The notes below the pieces were generated by a model. That model was given only the letters and a program-made list of their open reading frames with translations. It was not told the DNA's origin and did not search any database. A stretch of DNA of 64,000 nt from Bdellovibrionales bacterium (GTDB taxonomy: Bacteria; Bdellovibrionota; Bdellovibrionia; Bdellovibrionales; UBA1609). A program made the position numbers and the translations under genes. The stretch lies in NCBI GenBank assembly GCA_965200875.1, contig OZ241456.1, positions 128,001 to 192,000 on the forward strand, in the 5' to 3' direction. How positions within the stretch are numbered: the stretch's first letter is position 1; each line of letters opens with the position of its first letter. Positions 60,197 through 64,000 of the stretch are shown one piece after another.

Positions 60197-61387
60197 ATGG
60201 AAATTCATGAGTATCAGGCAAAAGCTTTGCTTAAGCAATTTGGTGTTCAGATTCTCTTAGGTCAGGTGGCAGAAGATGCCGATCAGGCTTTCAAAATCGC
60301 GAAGGAAATGCCATCTTCCAAAGGATGGGTGGTTAAAGCGCAGGTACAGGCAGGGGGGCGTGGTCTGGCAGGCGGTATAAAAAAAGCGAGTGATCCCGCG
60401 GAAGTGAAAAAAATCACCAAGCAAATGATAGGTCAGAAATTAGTAACCGCTCAGACAGGTGCGGAAGGAAAAATCATCCACCAAGTACTGGTGGAAAAAA
60501 TGTGTGAAGTGGAAAAAGAGTTTTATCTGGCTTTGCTTTTGGACAGATCTGCTCAAAAACTCTGTTTGGTAGCGAGTGCTGAAGGGGGTGTTTCTATAGA
60601 GGAAGTGGCGGAAAAGTCCCCGGAAAAAATTCTTAAAATGGAAATTGATCCTCTCACCGGCTTGCTCTCCTTCCAAGTGATGACTCTTTTAAAATGTTTT
60701 AATCTTTCGTTTTCTTTTTTTGGAAAACTGGATCTTTTTTTGCGTTCTCTTTATAAATTGATGAGGGAAAAAGAAAGCACCTTAATAGAGATAAATCCTT
60801 TGGTTTGCACAAAACAAGGGGAAATTCTCCCTTTGGATGCCAAGATGAGTTTTGATGATAACAGTCTTTTTCGCCAAGCGGAAATAAAATCTCTGATGGA
60901 CTTAAAGGAGTTGCCTCTGGAAGAGCAAAAAGCTGAGGAGCATGGACTTTCCTTCGTGAAAATGTCCGGGGGAAACATAGGTTGTATGGTAAATGGGGCG
61001 GGCCTAGCTATGGCCACAATGGATATAGTCAGCTTAAAAGGAGCAAAACCGGCTAATTTTTTGGATGTAGGGGGAGGAGTGGATAGTGAAAAAATTGATG
61101 TGGCTTTTCAGATTTTAAAAGAGGACTCCCGTGTACAGGGAATATTGGTGAATATTTTTGGAGGGATCGTCAGATGTGACTTGATAGCCGAGGGTCTCAT
61201 TAAGGCCATTAACCTTTTGGAGATAAAAATTCCGGTGGTGGTGAGGCTTGAGGGTACGAATGCCAGTAAAGCGCGTCAAATATTGGAGGCATCCGGCCAG
61301 GATTTGAGTTTTGCGGATAAATTGGATTCTGCCACGGAAAAAATTATTTCCCTGGTGAATCAAAAACCACATCAGGGGTTGAGATGA
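60197..61387 (+). CDS. sucC: Succinyl-CoA synthetase beta
   Basis: [29 protein letters not shown]. Confidence 0.97.
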   Translation: MEIHEYQAKALLKQFGVQILLGQVAEDADQAFKIAKEMPSSKGWVVKAQVQAGGRGLAGGIKKASDPAEVKKITKQMIGQKLVTAQTGAEGKIIHQVLVEKMCEVEKEFYLALLLDRSAQKLCLVASAEGGVSIEEVAEKSPEKILKMEIDPLTGLLSFQVMTLLKCFNLSFSFFGKLDLFLRSLYKLMREKESTLIEINPLVCTKQGEILPLDAKMSFDDNSLFRQAEIKSLMDLKELPLEEQKAEEHGLSFVKMSGGNIGCMVNGAGLAMATMDIVSLKGAKPANFLDVGGGVDSEKIDVAFQILKEDSRVQGILVNIFGGIVRCDLIAEGLIKAINLLEIKIPVVVRLEGTNASKARQILEASGQDLSFADKLDSATEKIISLVNQKPHQGLR

Positions 61388-62256
61388 GCATTTTAATTGA
61401 TAAAAACACCAAATTGATTTGTCAGGGGTTTACCGGCAAGCAAGGCACTTTTCATTCTGCCCGTGCTTTGGAATATGGTGCTTTTCTCAAAGGAGGGGTC
61501 ACTCCCGGTAAAGGAGGTACAAGTCACTTAGGTTTGCCAGTGTTTGACACCGTAATGTCTGCTAAAGAGGCTACAGGTGCTAATGCTTCCGTGATTTATG
61601 TTCCTCCGGCTTTTGCTTTAAGTGCCATTTTAGAGGCAGTGAGTGCTGAATTGGATCTGGTGGTCTGTATTACAGAAGGTATTCCTCTCCATGATATGTT
61701 GCAGGTAAAGCAGTTTATGAAAGGAAAGAAAACCCGGTTGATTGGCCCTAATTGTCCAGGTGTTATTACTCCTGAACAATGTAAAATCGGTATTATGCCG
61801 GCTTATATTCACCGCAAAGGACCAGTGGGAGTGCTTTCCCGATCGGGCACTTTGACTTATGAAGCTGTGTGGCAATTAAGCTCTTTGGGCATAGGACAGA
61901 GTACCTGTGTGGGTGTGGGAGGAGATCCCATTCCTGGAACAGATTTTGTAGATCTTTTGAAGCTTTTTAAGGAAGACGAGCAAACGGAAGCTTTAGTAAT
62001 TATTGGAGAAATAGGCGGAGATTTAGAGGAGCGAGTGGCAGAGTACATCCAAAAGGAATTTAAGAAACCGGTTGTGGGTTTTATCGCTGGTCATTCCGCC
62101 CCTGAAGGAAAACGAATGGGGCACGCAGGGGCTATTGTCAGTGGAGGGAAAGGAACTGCCGAGGGAAAAATACAGGCTCTTAAGTCAGCAGGTGTTTTTA
62201 TAGCCAGATCTCCTGCGGAAATTGGTCTTACTTTAAAAAACAAGCTTTTTAATTAG
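61384..62256 (+). CDS. sucD: Succinyl-CoA synthetase alpha
   Basis: [26 protein letters not shown]. Confidence 0.97.
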   Translation: MSILIDKNTKLICQGFTGKQGTFHSARALEYGAFLKGGVTPGKGGTSHLGLPVFDTVMSAKEATGANASVIYVPPAFALSAILEAVSAELDLVVCITEGIPLHDMLQVKQFMKGKKTRLIGPNCPGVITPEQCKIGIMPAYIHRKGPVGVLSRSGTLTYEAVWQLSSLGIGQSTCVGVGGDPIPGTDFVDLLKLFKEDEQTEALVIIGEIGGDLEERVAEYIQKEFKKPVVGFIAGHSAPEGKRMGHAGAIVSGGKGTAEGKIQALKSAGVFIARSPAEIGLTLKNKLFN

Positions 62257-62334
62257 TATATATGCTAAGTTCTGTTATTATTGTTGATCCCGGTTGCAAT
62301 TCTGAATATACATTTAAATCAAAGGGGGCTTTTT

Positions 62335-62745
62335 GTGGCTCAAAATATTACTTTTTCCATGATTAAGCCGGATGCTGTTTCCCGTGGCCTGATAGGGGCT
62401 ATCCTCCAGAAACTGGAATCTAAGGGTTTGAGAATGCGGGCAGGAAAGCTTATTCGTATGGATAAAACTCTTTCTGAAGCTTTTTATCAGGATCATAAAA
62501 CAAAACCTTTTTTTGATTCTCTTGTTCAGTTTGTTTCATCCGGCCCTGTTTTTGTAATGGCTTTAGAAGGGGAAAATGCCGTGGCAAAAACCAGAGAGCT
62601 TATGGGACATACAGATCCTTCTCAAGCTCTCCCTGGCACTATTCGATCTTTGTACGGGGAAAATATAGAAAGAAACTCCATTCATGGAAGTGATTCAGAA
62701 GAAAATGCAAAAAAAGAGCTAAAGCTTTTTTTTGAAGAATTGTAA
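62335..62745 (+). CDS. ndk: Nucleoside diphosphate kinase
   Basis: TFSMIKPDAV, PGTIR, NSIHGSDS; GTG start after GGGGG. Confidence 0.96.
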   Translation: MAQNITFSMIKPDAVSRGLIGAILQKLESKGLRMRAGKLIRMDKTLSEAFYQDHKTKPFFDSLVQFVSSGPVFVMALEGENAVAKTRELMGHTDPSQALPGTIRSLYGENIERNSIHGSDSEENAKKELKLFFEEL

Positions 62746-62857
62746 GGGATATAATTTTCATTTGATTAAAGGGTTTTGAGCTTCTTATGCTCCTTGCAAA
62801 AAAACCTTTTTTATTATTAGTTGCGCACTATTTTTAGCCTGTGATATAATAAAAAAG

Positions 62858-63178
62858 ATGAAGTTTAAAAATATATGGCCTGTAGCCTCTGTTGTTTTGC
62901 TTTATACTGGCTTAATTTTTGGTGGTTTGGCATGGATGTTTAACATTCAAACAGAGCAAATAAATGCCAAATTAGAGCAAAAAATAGGATTCATAAATGC
63001 CAAAATAGATGGAAAAATAGGATTCATAAATGCCAAAATAGAATCTATTCAAGAAACCTTAAATAACCATATCACTGACACAAATAAAAAGATTGATCGA
63101 TTAAGTGATCGTTTTGACAGATTAAGTGTTCGTTTTGACAAATTGTACGAAATCCTTTTGAAGGATAAAGAAAAATAA
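62858..63178 (+). CDS. Membrane-anchored coiled-coil protein (dispersed family, copy 3)
   Basis: W-x8-YTGL TM helix; NHITDTNKKI; RFDKLYEILLK; TTGCGC-N18-TATAAT ends 7 nt before ATG. Confidence 0.8.
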   Translation: MKFKNIWPVASVVLLYTGLIFGGLAWMFNIQTEQINAKLEQKIGFINAKIDGKIGFINAKIESIQETLNNHITDTNKKIDRLSDRFDRLSVRFDKLYEILLKDKEK

Positions 63179-63204
63179 GTGAGCTAATCCCCCAAATTCA
63201 TATT

Positions 63205-64000
63205 ATGAAGAAAGCGCGAAAAGTATTTCTGATTTTATGTGTATTTCTTGTTTCTTGTGTGTCCAGTGAAAAACAAACAAAAAAAGCGGAACTGCACCAT
63301 CAGCTGGCCATCTCTTTTATGAAGAAATGTCAATACCCTTCTGCTTTGGCGGAACTTAAAAAAGCTTTGAAAACAAAACCAAAAGATCCTTTTTTACATC
63401 ATTCCATCGCTTTGCTTTATTTTCAGTTTAAAGAATATAAAAAAACCCTCAAGCATCTTAAAACCGCTTTGGCTTTGAATCCTGAATTTACAGACGCAAG
63501 GGTGTATTTGGGAAGAAGCCTTATTGAAATCGGCCAGGAAAAAGAGGCCTTAAAGGAACTGGAAAAAGCCCGCAAGGATTTAACCTATAAATACTCTGAA
63601 AATATTCATGCGCATTTAGGGCTTGCTTACTACAAGCAAAAAAAATATTCTTTGGCGGAAAAGCATTTTAGCGTAGCCAGAATCATAAAAAAAGAGGATT
63701 GTTTTCTGGCTTTGTATCATGCTAAAAGCTTTTATTTTCAAAATCAGTTTCAAAAGGCTTTGGAAGTTTTGGAGCCTGCAAAGAAGTGGTGTCAGACAAA
63801 TCTGCCCTTGTGTTTCCCCCCCTCTTTTTCTGCTTATTTTTTTGCGGCTTTGGCTTATGATAAAACTGGCCAAAAGTTGAAAGCTTTGTCCAATCTGAAA
63901 ATTTTTTTGAAAAATGCGGAAAAAAACAATGTATTCTTAAAAGAAGCAAAAAAGCTTATGAATATGTGGCAGGGTTTTCAGCAGGATCCGTTGAGAAAAA
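63205..64000 (+). CDS. PilF/Tgl-like TPR lipoprotein (runs off window; missed by ORF track)
   Basis: MKKARKVFLILCVFLVSC lipobox; ALAELKKAL..P, ALALNPEFTDARVYLG, DLTY; near ndk. Confidence 0.8.
   Translation, partial: MKKARKVFLILCVFLVSCVSSEKQTKKAELHHQLAISFMKKCQYPSALAELKKALKTKPKDPFLHHSIALLYFQFKEYKKTLKHLKTALALNPEFTDARVYLGRSLIEIGQEKEALKELEKARKDLTYKYSENIHAHLGLAYYKQKKYSLAEKHFSVARIIKKEDCFLALYHAKSFYFQNQFQKALEVLEPAKKWCQTNLPLCFPPSFSAYFFAALAYDKTGQKLKALSNLKIFLKNAEKNNVFLKEAKKLMNMWQGFQQDPLRK

Overview
AT-rich bacterial chromosome segment spanning the replication-origin region. Gene order (atpF/F'-bactofilin-parBA ... rsmG-mnmG-mnmE-jag-yidC-yidD-rnpA-rpmH / dnaA-dnaN-recF-gyrB-gyrA-TPR-atpBE, PPIases-pdxA, sdhCAB, rpsF-rplI, dnaB, ftsK, dapAB-tal, mdh-sucCD-ndk-pilF) suggests a streamlined Bdellovibrionota-like (former delta-proteobacterial) organism, possibly host-associated; this is inference. 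Two accessory islands interrupt the core. The first (about 3.0-6.6 kb) holds a candidate oriC with non-canonical TTATCAACA boxes and DnaA-trios, parS sites, a type II R-M pair and an LRR lipoprotein. The second (about 38-44.6 kb) holds secreted proteins, a type IV pilin with a sigma28-type promoter, a small-gene operon, a mini GIY-YIG-like ORF and a truncated IS5. The most notable signal is a dispersed family of three small paralogues with an N-terminal membrane anchor (W-x8-YT) and a coiled coil (NHI-x-[DE]TNKKI), each with its own 33/21-nt module duplications and each sitting alone in a housekeeping neighbourhood. Other oddities include a CDS whose stop codon lies inside tRNA-Phe, an EtfB-EtfA fusion, an L9 with an acidic repeat tail and an extremely basic H1-like protein. 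All calls come from reading motifs by eye; no database searches were run.
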